In this document: in pieces, positions 24,951-36,000 of the stretch | Layout: the number at the start of each line of letters is the position of its first letter | Position numbering within the stretch: position 1 is the stretch's first letter | NCBI RefSeq assembly: GCF_964355755.1 | Contig: NC_092675.1 | Span: forward strand, 11,217,812-11,281,811 | DNA from: Antedon mediterranea | Taxonomy: Eukaryota; Animalia; Echinodermata | Direction: 5' to 3' | Length of the DNA stretch: 64,000 bases | Notes under the pieces: generated by a model | What the model was told of the DNA's origin: nothing | The model's database searches: none | The model's input: the letters and a program-made list of their open reading frames with translations, nothing else | Made by a program: the position numbers and the translations under genes

Positions 24951-26741
24951 CTGAAAAAAAAAAAAAATACATACATACATTTACTGGACATGATGGATCG
25001 GAAAGTTTCCTATTGGTGGCGCATAATATGTCGCATTGCAATTGTTCACTTGTATTCATATGTATTTACATATCAGGTAAAGCATTATATTGAATAGGCA
25101 ACATGAGTGTTGTTTTGGCAGAAGTATTTTTAGTTGTTCAAGCAAGACATGTTAATTGTTATATCATTTGTGAAGTTGTGAATTTTTGCCAATACTGTGA
25201 GTAGATAACTTGATATATTTTCTGGGTTCTAAAAATAATGTATTATTACTATGAATGAGTTTTTATATCATTTATTATTTGACGACACAAAAACAATGAA
25301 AGTACCATCTATATATTAATGCTACCAAATTTTTTTATTTTACGTATCTCCTCCAAAACCACTGAATGGTACGTGCTCACATTTGGCACACTGATGTTTA
25401 CTGATACACAATAGACTATGTCACTTTCCTGAATTTTAAGGATAAACAAAAGGCAAAAAATAGCAGTAATTTGACGTCTCAGAGACCGTGTTACGTCACT
25501 GTATAAACTACGCAATCTCCTCTTTGTGTACCGCCATGGCCAGATCTACAAATACCATGCCGGGCCGCCAAAACAAGTCAACCGTATCGAATGATCGCGT
25601 CGTTGAAGTTAATTACACCTTTTATCTGAACAGAATGATTTTTGTAAATCACGGTATGGCTCAATGAGTAAATCGCCGTGACCATTGATATCAATGTTTA
25701 GTATGTTCGAGTTTGAATCCGCTAAAAATCAAAACTAGACCTCAATCTAATAATCTCAATACAAAACTAGCAAAAGGGATACGAAACCTCACACACACAC
25801 ACACACACAAAAGCAAAATATAATAAACTATGAAAATTAAAAAAAATGTAAATGAACAAAAAAAAAGAAAAACAAAAAACCAAATGGACATTATTAACGA
25901 AAAAACACCCAAAAAGTTTGTGTTCAAGTGCATCATCAAATTTCGACTCTTTTTTGTGTTGATTTATTTCAATAATTAAAATGTTTAATCTCGTGCACTT
26001 TCTGAGGCGCATCCTAGATTAATGTGAATTCCGTTTGATTTTTGTTCCCTTTTTAATTTCATTTCAATGTATCAAATAAATAATACACCACGAAAAACAA
26101 CCAAAATAATATAGTTTGCCATTTTATACTTTCATTATGTTATTGCGCGCATCATCTTATTCACACATTATATTGTATTGCTTTCATTTTGTAGCTCATA
26201 GTTACTTAAGTCAAGGAATACTTGGTGTATAACAAAATCCATGGCTTTTTATGAGGGAAGAGTGCGCTTATATGATACTTACTCTTCCCATGCGAATTAG
26301 TATAACCATACATTAAAGCCGACAAAGACCGTGTGGAGCACGGGTTACTGCTAGTTTTAAAAAAGGGTCGATACTTGGTTATTAGCAGCAAATATTATCA
26401 GTGAATTATTAATCTCTTTGTTTGAGATACAAAAAAAACCTAAAAAACAATGTTTGACACATTTTATTCAGACCTTCTGAAACATTTGCACTTTGTGTGG
26501 CATGGCAGTGTATACTGTACTGTATATAGTCTGAAAATGGAACTTCCTATCGCTGTTATACTTTGGTAGAAACTAGAAATGAAGGTAATGCTTAGCTACC
26601 CATGTGAGTCATCTACGCAAATGCCACAATTTCTACAGAAACACACATAGGCCTACTGTACAAATTATAAATCATACAGTACGAATAATCGCCTGCTAAA
26701 AAACATAGTCTACATAGTTATGTGTGGTTTAAAAAGATTAC

Positions 26742-26968
26742 TTTTTTTTTTTCCTCTTTTTCTTTTTTGCTGGTGATGATGTGGGTCTCTCACGGTTTGT
26801 AGTTTCGTCATCTCCACCACTATCTCCTCCTTCACCTTCCTCCTCTAGATAACCTTCCCCATCCACCTCAGTATCACTATCAACCTTTAAACCATTCTTC
26901 TGTTTGCTGTCAATTGTTAATGAGTTGTCTACATCTTTGTTGGTTTCTAGCATCTTTTCATAAACCAT
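26742..26968 (-). CDS. TTLL6: Tubulin polyglutamylase TTLL6/TTLL13-family, coding exon 1 (acidic stretch plus KKKKRKKK)
   Basis: ATG at 26968 with an upstream in-frame TGA; acceptor ttttctcag| at 26996; donor AA|GTAATC; phase 2 fits the next exon. Confidence 0.85.
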
Positions 26969-27176
26969 TCTTACTCAAGTATATTTACCAAGTCTCTGAG
27001 AAAAAACAAATATTTTACTGTAATCAACACAATTCTTGATTTTAAATTGTAATAATATAATGGTGGACAAAACTCTCCTAGACCTATTTCTTCATTTCAG
27101 AAAACATGGCGACTTTGTTGCTGCTGTTGTTTTTGGTTATAAAAATAAAAAAATAAGGCCAAAAAAGTATATCTGT

Positions 27177-28023
27177 TAAAGCGTTGCCTCCTTTCCCTAA
27201 TTGTTGTGCCGCTTGTGTTTTGAAAGAATTTTTTATTTTTGAAAAATGACAAAAAACAAAAATCCGAAACATTTGATTATCGCAAGCATACAATTTTATT
27301 GCATTAAATAGTTTTTTTGAAGTTGAAAATGTATGTATTGATCTCTTGACTTGCTATTCAATTATTCATTTTGTCATCTTTTTCGTTCTAAGTCCGGTAA
27401 CTTTTTCATCATTTTTACTTTATTTTTTAAAACTTTTATCTGCTGGTATTATATTCATTTTTTTAATTCATTATTTTTAAATTAATTTATTAACTTTATT
27501 TGTATTTATTTTTATCATAATTAATTTGTAAAGGCAATCCCATCACAAGATTCACATCTTTCTGGGATCTGCCTTCATCCATTTTCTTTATTATATCTTA
27601 TAAAGCGTTGCCTCCTTTCCCTAATTTTTGTGCCGCTTGTGTTTTGAAAGAATTTTTTATTTTTGAAAAATGACAAAAAACAAAAATCCGAAACATTTGA
27701 TTATCGCAAGCATACAATTTTATTGCATTAAATAGTTTTTTTGAAGTTGAAAATGTATGTATTGATCTCTTGACTTGCTATTCAATTATTCATTTTGTCA
27801 TCTTTTTCGTTCTAAGTCCGGTAACTTTTTCATCATTTTTACTTTATTTTTTAAAACTTTTATCTGCTGGTATTATATTCATTTTTTTAATTCATTATTT
27901 TTAAATTAATTTATTAACTTTATTTGTATTTATTTTTATCATAATTAATTTGTAAAGGCAATCCCATCACAAGATTCACATCTTTCTGGGATCTGCCTTC
28001 ATCCATTTTCTTTATTATATCTT
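27177..28023. repeat. Near-perfect 424-bp tandem duplication (LINE 3'-UTR-like, followed by a (TTGAA)n tail)
   Basis: Units start taaagcgttgcctcc at 27177 and 27601; one mismatch noticed. Confidence 0.9.
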
Positions 28024-28567
28024 GTCATGTTGTTTTTTTGTTTATTGGACGTTAATAAATGTTCTTTGAATTGAATTGAAAAGGCTACCTCATATGAACG
28101 GTTTTATTTCGGTCTGGTATTTAAACCTTTATGAAGCGCCGCTAGTAGTACGCTGTTTTAATCATAGCGGTTTTGATTTTTATTTGACAGGTTTCAATGT
28201 AGTTATGTCCTTTTTGAAAATCATTAAAAAAAATGAGTTCCTTGTTTTGAAAGTTTCTAAAAAGATTACCACTGATTTAAAGTTTTGAAAATGTTAATTT
28301 AATATGATTTTAAAATTAGTTACCAGAGCCTGCCTATTACGTATTTTTAAACCACAATTATGAACTTTCTATGACGCCTAAAGTACAAGTCGATACCAGC
28401 TCATTTTTGCTTTAGTACTGTAGTTTTACGATACTATAATAATAATGTATAAAAATAATATGTAGATCTTAGGCCTACCATATAGATTAGTTAAAACAAA
28501 CAAGACGATGAGTTATAGGCTACTTATATTGATCATTTGCATTTATTGACCGTATATTATACTTTAC

Positions 28568-29030
28568 AAATAATGAATGTTTATGAGTGTAATGGTACAA
28601 ATAATGGCATGAGGTGAATGATGAAAGGTTATATCAACGAGGTGACAGCCGAGTTAATATAACCTATCAACCTTTCATCATTCACCAATTGCCATTATTT
28701 GTATCATTACACGAATATAAAACATTTATTATTTGGTTTATATAAACATCTAAATAGATTCCTGTCATTTGAATCAAATAAAAAGTAGGCCAAGCCAAGG
28801 CCTACATTTGATTCACATTGATTAAAACAGTAACATTTGGTTTTTAATAATTATATTAGATAGTATTATTATATATATGGATTTTATAAATGCACCTACT
28901 GTTAGTGTTAAATATGTCAACAAACGATCAAACAATCCTAGGCCTAGCAAGGCTAAAACGCCTAGGCCTAGCCTAATACTAACAGGCCTAGGCTGAAAGA
29001 CAGCAATATGAAACTTTAACAGGCAGCTGG
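28568..29030. mobile_element. Repeat with long internal hairpin (Crypton-like non-autonomous element?), copy 1
   Basis: ~60-bp inverted arms around a gaggtgacagccgagt centre; second copy at 29364. Confidence 0.5.
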
Positions 29031-29363
29031 AAATCATTCAGGCTAATTATGTTTTTTCCAACAATTCCACATCTTGTAGAGATTTTCCCATTAATTAATG
29101 AAAATCCTAAAAACGATCTAAAGTTAATTTAAATGTAAATTATTACATTATATATCTCTCCAAAAATAACAATAACATAATATGTGACAAAGGTACAAAA
29201 TAGGTGGCACTGTTGTATTGCAATAGTATAAAAAAATATTTTCCAAACGCGAACAGATTTTTTTTTTCGTACACAATTGTTTAATAGTGTGTACTATTGC
29301 ATGCCATGTGACCCACATTCCTCCAATCAAATGACAGGAATTTATTTAGGTCTTATAATATAT

Positions 29364-29790
29364 AAATAATGAATGTTTATGAGTGTAATGGTACAAATAA
29401 TGGCATGAGGTGAATGATGAAAGGTTATATTTCAATGAGGCGCGAGGCGAGTTGAAATATAACCTTTCATCATTCACCAAATGCCATTATTTGTACCATT
29501 ACACGAATATAAAACATATAGGCCTACATTATTTGTTTTATATAACATATTCTAAATAGATTCCTGTTATTTGAATCAAATAAAAGGTAGGCCTATATAG
29601 CCAAAGCCTACAGTACATTTGATTCACTTTGATTAAAACAGTAAAACAGTTTTTAATAATTATATTATTTAAATATTATTATTTATATGGATTTTATAAA
29701 CGCACCTACTGTAGTGTTAATTATATCAACAAACGACCAAACAATCCTAGGCCTAGCAAGCACCTAGGCCCAGCTAGGTGGCAGCAATAC
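29364..29790. mobile_element. Repeat with long internal hairpin, copy 2
   Basis: Direct diverged copy of 28568-29030 with the same palindrome. Confidence 0.5.
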
Positions 29791-30513
29791 CAAAAACTTC
29801 GACAGGTTATGACTATCATTATCAACGCTTTTCAAAATGAAGAAATAAAAAAGCACTCAAATAAAAAATGATCTCATCGCCGATATGATTGATTTACATG
29901 CAGGTATTTTACTAGACGCCACATTTTGACTATGGACTTTGATTAGCATCCATACTACCTACAGTATAGACTCTCGAGAGTAGGCTACCTTCCTACCTAG
30001 TAAGAATAGCCTAGCTTGCCTAGGTACGTTATGTAGGCTAGTTATTCTTCTAACAACTAGGCCTACCTGGTTATGGAACGGCAAAATTCATGAAACGGAA
30101 AAAAAGGATAAAATATGTACTGTTCATTTCAGCTGCCAGAATTATAAATATTGTAGAATATGTATAACACGGCATGTGTATTAACATTTTAATAATTTAA
30201 CATTACAATATTTTTATATTTTACGAAAAATATTAAGCCATTTGAACTTTCCACTCTCTGTTTATATGTAAGAATGTATATTAAACCTAATAAATTTTTG
30301 TTCTCAATTCAGGTGCCAAGAAGTACTGTATGTGTGTTTTTTGAAAATAAAGTGGTTTTTCCGTTTTATTTTGCAAATTGTGTTATTTAAATGTCGGAAA
30401 TTAGTTTAGATGTTTTATAAATTATTTACTGTTACCAGTATTTTCATTATATATCAATAACAAGGACATTCTCTGTGCCGCGCCTATCAAATTAATGTTT
30501 GCTGTTTTTCTTG

Positions 30514-30672
30514 ATACGTACCCTCACTGTCAAATAGATACTGGTATACTGTACCAATACGTTTGGGATGAAATGGGATGCATAAGAAATGAATACGTAT
30601 CCTCACTGTCAAACAGATACCGGTATACTGTACCAATACGTTTGGGATAAAATGAGATGCACAAGAAATGAA
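30514..30672. repeat. 79-bp tandem duplication
   Basis: atacgtaccctcactgtcaaa... repeated at 30514 and 30593. Confidence 0.85.
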
Positions 30673-31484
30673 ACAAGGTTTTTTCCAAAGTCATTTCTCA
30701 ACCAATAGAAATAGGTTTTATATCATTTACATGAATATATTTAGAAATCTAATTCCGCTTAAACCAGTGAAATCCCAACAGTAGTTTTCAAACTACAATG
30801 GTTTAAAGTGCATGGACCCTACAAATTATTGGTGGCTACATTGTAAAAGGTAGCAAAATTGTGATTAAAAATTGGTTTTCCGACGAGATAACACATATTT
30901 CAGTGATGTGATTTATGAAATATGAAGCTTTCATTTATACAGAGAGTGTGGAGTGGAGTTGTGGCTATGATGCTTGGCTACCACTTCTGTCACATGCCAG
31001 GGTTTTTCTAAGGAAAACAAACTCCCTCAAAAAGACTTGTTTAGTTTATGTAGATCATCTTTTGTATAATGTTTGTCTTGTGAAGTTAACCTCTGAGGTT
31101 TGGTTATACACATTTTACCGTTTGAACCAGGTAAATCCCACGAATTATTACTTATTGGTGGAGAAAACTTGTAAAAAATATGCTGAAAATAGTGATTTTT
31201 GCACAATTCGGCCGAATAATCGGCAGCCGAAATTCACTGTTAGCTTACTTAGGCGTAGGCCTAGCTATTTTTGCCGCCAAAACTGGTCCGGTCTAGATAA
31301 AATCGGTCCGGGCAGTAGGACTGTTTTTTGCCGCCAAATATGGTTGGGTCTTACAAATATATGGTGCGCAAAATGAGTCATAATGTATATCATTTAAAAA
31401 AAAGGCAGTGATTAGTCATTATATTGAAAACTACGTGGTTTTATTTGTTATTTTAATATTATAAATTAAGCCTGTTTTTTTTAT

Positions 31485-32482
31485 CGCTGTGGCTAAAGAT
31501 ACGGTACCGTATCCTAACTTCCGTTTACTAAAAATACGGTAAAATTGCAGTACGTCATAATCAGCCAATGGGGTGCTGGTACGTGTGTGACTTCATCGTG
31601 TAAGGACTTTGGATTTTTTTCACATCGCGTCTGTAGAGAGAATGCCTATCGGCGGTGCCAGGCTGCATGGATGTGTGCGCTTATGATTCTGTGACTCGGC
31701 CTCGGGGCTAGACCTAGTAATGTTGAATCCAGAATCGTCGATGCTGTAGTAATAGAGCAAGATCATGTGGTTGGTGGACGTTACATAAAGCGTTTAAATC
31801 ATGCACTCAATCTCAAATATTATTTCATTATACAACATTAAACACTACACTACAGTAGAAATATGTTGATAGCCAAATTAGAAGTAAAGGAATTATAATT
31901 CAATGTTGGAAATTGTGTTGCGTCTAGTTCATTCGTCCATAGGCCTATGAGGGTTTTATTTTTATTCCAAATTGCCTATTTAGGCCTATATTTTTCAATA
32001 AAATTTGTTTACAGATGGTGACCATAAACAAAAAGCAAATGCGGACAATAAAGGGGCCCTCAAATACTATGATTTAGACAATAGGCCTAGCCCCAGGTCT
32101 TGGTCACAGAAACAAACAAACTCATATACCGAGGCTATAGCATGGTTATAGTACGTAGTAGGCCTCTTTTGAAACGGTAAATTTCTGTATTCTAGAATTA
32201 AAATCAACATATTTTAGCCTATCAATAATAACAGACATAGGCCTAGGCTACATTTAGTTTAGTCACACGACGGGGATAATAGCGATAAATGAAGCATAAT
32301 AAAGAAAATGTCAAGCCGCCGATTTATCACTGTTTTCGCGATATGAAAAAAAAATCCCAAGTCCTTATACAATGACGTCACACAGGTACCAGCACCCCAT
32401 TGGCTGACTATGACGTAATGCAATTTCACCGTACCTTTAGAAAACGGAAGTTAGGATACGGTACCGTATCTTAGCCACGGCG
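31485..32482. mobile_element. Mutator-like MITE
   Basis: ~150-bp TIRs (cgctgtggctaa...gatacggtaccgtatcc); 9-bp TSD TTTTTTTAT. Confidence 0.8.
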
Positions 32483-34077
32483 TTTTTTTATTGTCATTAT
32501 TAGTAGTAACTCATAATATTACTAATTGCTTGCTTTTTGTATACAATATGTATCTCTGCCTGTTTTTAATCCATTTTGTTCTTTTTTAACATCTTCGTTT
32601 GTTAAAAACAATTTAATTTATGAATTATTTATGGTTAATCAATCAATATATATCAATTCAATACAATTATTATAAAACAATTATCCAATATTTATTAGGC
32701 TGCGGAAGGAAAAAGGGCTCAATCATAAATAAAATCTAGCTGGCAATATCAGCGTCTCATACCCGTTCATGTGTCTGGCAGGCTGAAATGAGTGAACACC
32801 TAAGTCATGTTTTTAGATAAAATACATTTATTTATAGTATTTATCCGACAAGATAACTTACTAATAAAGTAATATATATCATAGGATATTTTTCTAGCCA
32901 TAAACAATTTAATCATAGGCCTAGTAATTCAATTAAAATCGACAGAAGAAAAGCCCGGACCGATTTTGGCAGTGGTGGACTGCTTTTTGGCCACAACTTT
33001 AGAATCAAAACTGGTCCGGCCGGACCGATTTTTGCCCCGGACCATAATCCATATTTATCATGACAGGGCCCTTTCTGTTTTCTACAAATACTAGCCGCCT
33101 AGGCTAGATAGGGCTAGGCTAGCCTAGCCTACATAACATATATAGGCTAGGCCCTATAGGCCTAGCCTAGGCCTAGGTAGGTAGGCTAGGCCTAGCTCTA
33201 GAGACTAGGTAGGCCTAGGCCTAGTAGCTAGGTAGGCTGGCGTGGCTAGGCTGGCCTATCTAGACTAGCCTAGCTAGGCCTTTAACTCACCAAATGTTAC
33301 ATGTTAAACGTAAACACCATGTTATTTTTTATAATAGTATTATTGCTTGTAAATGTCAAAATAAGCTGTTTCATTTTAGCATAGGCCTAATACTAATAGG
33401 CCTCGCCTCCTCTATAATGTCATTTGTCAACAAGTTGGCGTATTGATATGCGATAGGCCTGCTGCATGCTGTGTATATGGGCAAAGATAGTGTGTAGTGT
33501 AGTACAACCACCACCTACCGTACCCATTTCATACACACAGTATTAAAGAGATTGCTAGTCTCTTGGTTTAGTTCCTTAACTACGATAAAAGACTACAACG
33601 TAAAATACTCACCATTATAATAGTCTTTGTATGATAATAATGAGTGAGTAGTAATAATATAGGTTTAGTTTCCGTCGTCGACTTCTCAAGTGTCCCTAAC
33701 GTACTTGACGTTCCAAGATACACACGGCGGAGCGCGTCCAGGTGTTTAGAGCGACGCGCTCCGCTTAAGCATCTGTGTAGCGGCACTACATTCCTCCTTG
33801 TTTTATTTCTTTTGTCTTCCCTCTTGTTCTTCTACACACGTACTTGCTCTTTCTTTCTTTTCTTCCACTTCATTTTTCTTCTTTTTTTTTTTCTTTTTTT
33901 TAAACACAACAATAACACAACATACATACATAGAATTCCAGAAAAAGAAACTACCAAGAACCCGATAAGAATTTTGTTTAAAAAAAATGAACTAATTGGA
34001 ATTAATTTTAAAATTACTTTAAATAAATTTTCATTAATTTGGTCTTGGATTTTTTTTTTTGTTTTTTTTTTTTTAAC

Positions 34078-35307
34078 CTATTCATAGGCAAACTGGGCGT
34101 GGAAGTGGAGGTTTTCCAAGAATCCCTCCAACATCCTAACCGCCGCTGCCCTCAGCTGGCCACTTCCCGGCTGAGCCAAACGCTCCACCACCTCCCGATT
34201 GGCATTGAATGCCGACCGCAGAGCAACTCTGTCGGCCCGCCTTAACTGGCATAACAGTGGCGTGGGTGAATGGATGTTGTTTTCCACGTTCGGTTGCCAC
34301 CGTGCTTGGCGTGATGATGGTCTGGTCCGTTGACGTAGTGGTCCAGCTGGCTTGGGAAATCGACGGCGTCTGGGCTCCGCCGAGGTAGGCCTACCATACC
34401 TCTGGCACAGCTCCACAAATGCCCCCTTATTATCCCTAGTGGCTCTCGCCACCAGGAAAAGGAGACACCGAGTGTGGAGCAGACCCAGCGGTGACACTAA
34501 CGGCGATAGAGTGTTCGACTCGGGCATCTCGAGCCCCGCCGCCTCGCCCATCGACTCCATCATCTTCCTTAGAGATTTGGTGAAGAAGAATCCAGGCTGG
34601 ATTCTCCCCTCGGCGTTGAAAAGTGCTACCGCCTTGGTGACACTCCCGCCGCACTCCGGAACGAGTTTCACTAACTCCTGGATGAAACTCCAGCGCCGAG
34701 ATGAGGTGGTCGACGATACCTCCGGCGATGTTTCCGTCATGAATGGCGGTATGTGGTGCGTCAGGTGTTGTTTTGGGTTTTCGGGCACCCGGCCACATCC
34801 TGCCACTGGACACAGGAATGCCCGACGTGACCGCTTACCCGATTCCCTCTGACCGCCTTCAGGATGAGGTCGTTTGTTGTCTTTCGACCGTTTGTCGGCC
34901 TTTCCCTGAGATTTAACTTTTGGTACCGCCCCAGCACTAGGTGGAACAGCACTGGTCGCCGTACCAACGAGACGGACGTCTCGGCACGCAAAGTCCGACT
35001 CCTTACTTCCCGGAGTTCGCCATACCTTCACGGCTGGCGCGGCGGAAAGCAACTCTTTACGAAAAATGGAGGGGGACTTTGGCCTCTCAGGCGATCCTGC
35101 CAAGACCTCTGGCGTCTCTCTGCCCTCAACAACTGGCGGATCTAGGTCCCCGACCTCCATCGCCACATCATCTTCTTCCAATCCAGTAGGTGAAGGTGGA
35201 GACTTTCGTTTCGCAGCTGGTTTGCCCAACGGCGGGAAGTCTTCCACCTGCAGCAGGAACAATTCCTCCTCCACCGTTACTCGATCGGAAGTAGTGCAGT
35301 TATCCAT
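34078..35307 (-). CDS. Cargo ORF (409 aa) of the LTR element, with a C2H2-like zinc finger; function unknown
   Basis: Uninterrupted GC-rich ORF; ATG immediately follows the acceptor ttttacag|; CPVAGC-x9-H-x3-H at 34812-34753. Confidence 0.7.
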   Translation of the reverse strand: MDNCTTSDRVTVEEELFLLQVEDFPPLGKPAAKRKSPPSPTGLEEDDVAMEVGDLDPPVVEGRETPEVLAGSPERPKSPSIFRKELLSAAPAVKVWRTPGSKESDFACRDVRLVGTATSAVPPSAGAVPKVKSQGKADKRSKDNKRPHPEGGQRESGKRSRRAFLCPVAGCGRVPENPKQHLTHHIPPFMTETSPEVSSTTSSRRWSFIQELVKLVPECGGSVTKAVALFNAEGRIQPGFFFTKSLRKMMESMGEAAGLEMPESNTLSPLVSPLGLLHTRCLLFLVARATRDNKGAFVELCQRYGRPTSAEPRRRRFPKPAGPLRQRTRPSSRQARWQPNVENNIHSPTPLLCQLRRADRVALRSAFNANREVVERLAQPGSGQLRAAAVRMLEGFLENLHFHAQFAYE

Positions 35308-35399
35308 CTGTAAAACATTAAGAGGCAAAACACAAGTTTAGTACAAGATAGTATTTCTACCCCTCGATTACAAATTGTTGGGACGAAAACTCTGGCGCC

Positions 35400-36000
35400 T
35401 GTAACAAATAGTGATCATCGTTTCCGCCAGAGGAGTTCCAACATCTCTTCAGAGCTAGTTACCGAGTTATTTGTGATGTCACTGCCGTGAAGAATGTACA
35501 ACGTAAGTAGTACATGGCTGCTTTCCCCTTCTTACCTAAGTGAAAAGCCTCCTTCTTCTCCGCCAGGTTCCATCCACTAATTCGGGCATACCCCTCAAAT
35601 CTATCCCAGAAAATGTACCAGTCATTTTGACCGAAAAATTCCAGGTTTCTCTGAGGGCGGAAAAGTAGTCTTTTCCGACGCTCACCTCGCCATTCTTCAT
35701 TATGACCGTATCAACCACGCAAGTGGTCCCTATCCACATAATGAACTCAGCGCGGATCACGTCCGAAACTTCCGCCATTACTCTCTCTTCGGACGTACTC
35801 GTTCGTATTGTCCTCATTACCGCGATCTCGATCATTGTAATCGAAACCTCGACAATCAGTCCGAACTTGACCGACATCGTCCGAGTAGCGTTTATAGCGA
35901 TTACCGTCGATGTACCCCTGTGGCGACATTCCCATTCTACGACCTCGATTAGGATACCGTCGTTCGGACTCTCGATCTGTTGCGTCCCCCTTGACGATTT
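35400..36000 (-). pseudogene. Degenerate Gypsy-type gag
   Basis: FFGQNDWYIFWDRFEGYARISGWNLAEKKEAFHLGKKGKAAMYY resembles the retrotransposon capsid N-terminus; upstream in-frame TGA stops and downstream frameshifts. Confidence 0.65.

Noticed and set aside
34078-35307. Calling the cargo ORF env
   Set aside because: No signal peptide, no C-terminal transmembrane anchor and no fusion-protein cysteine pattern.
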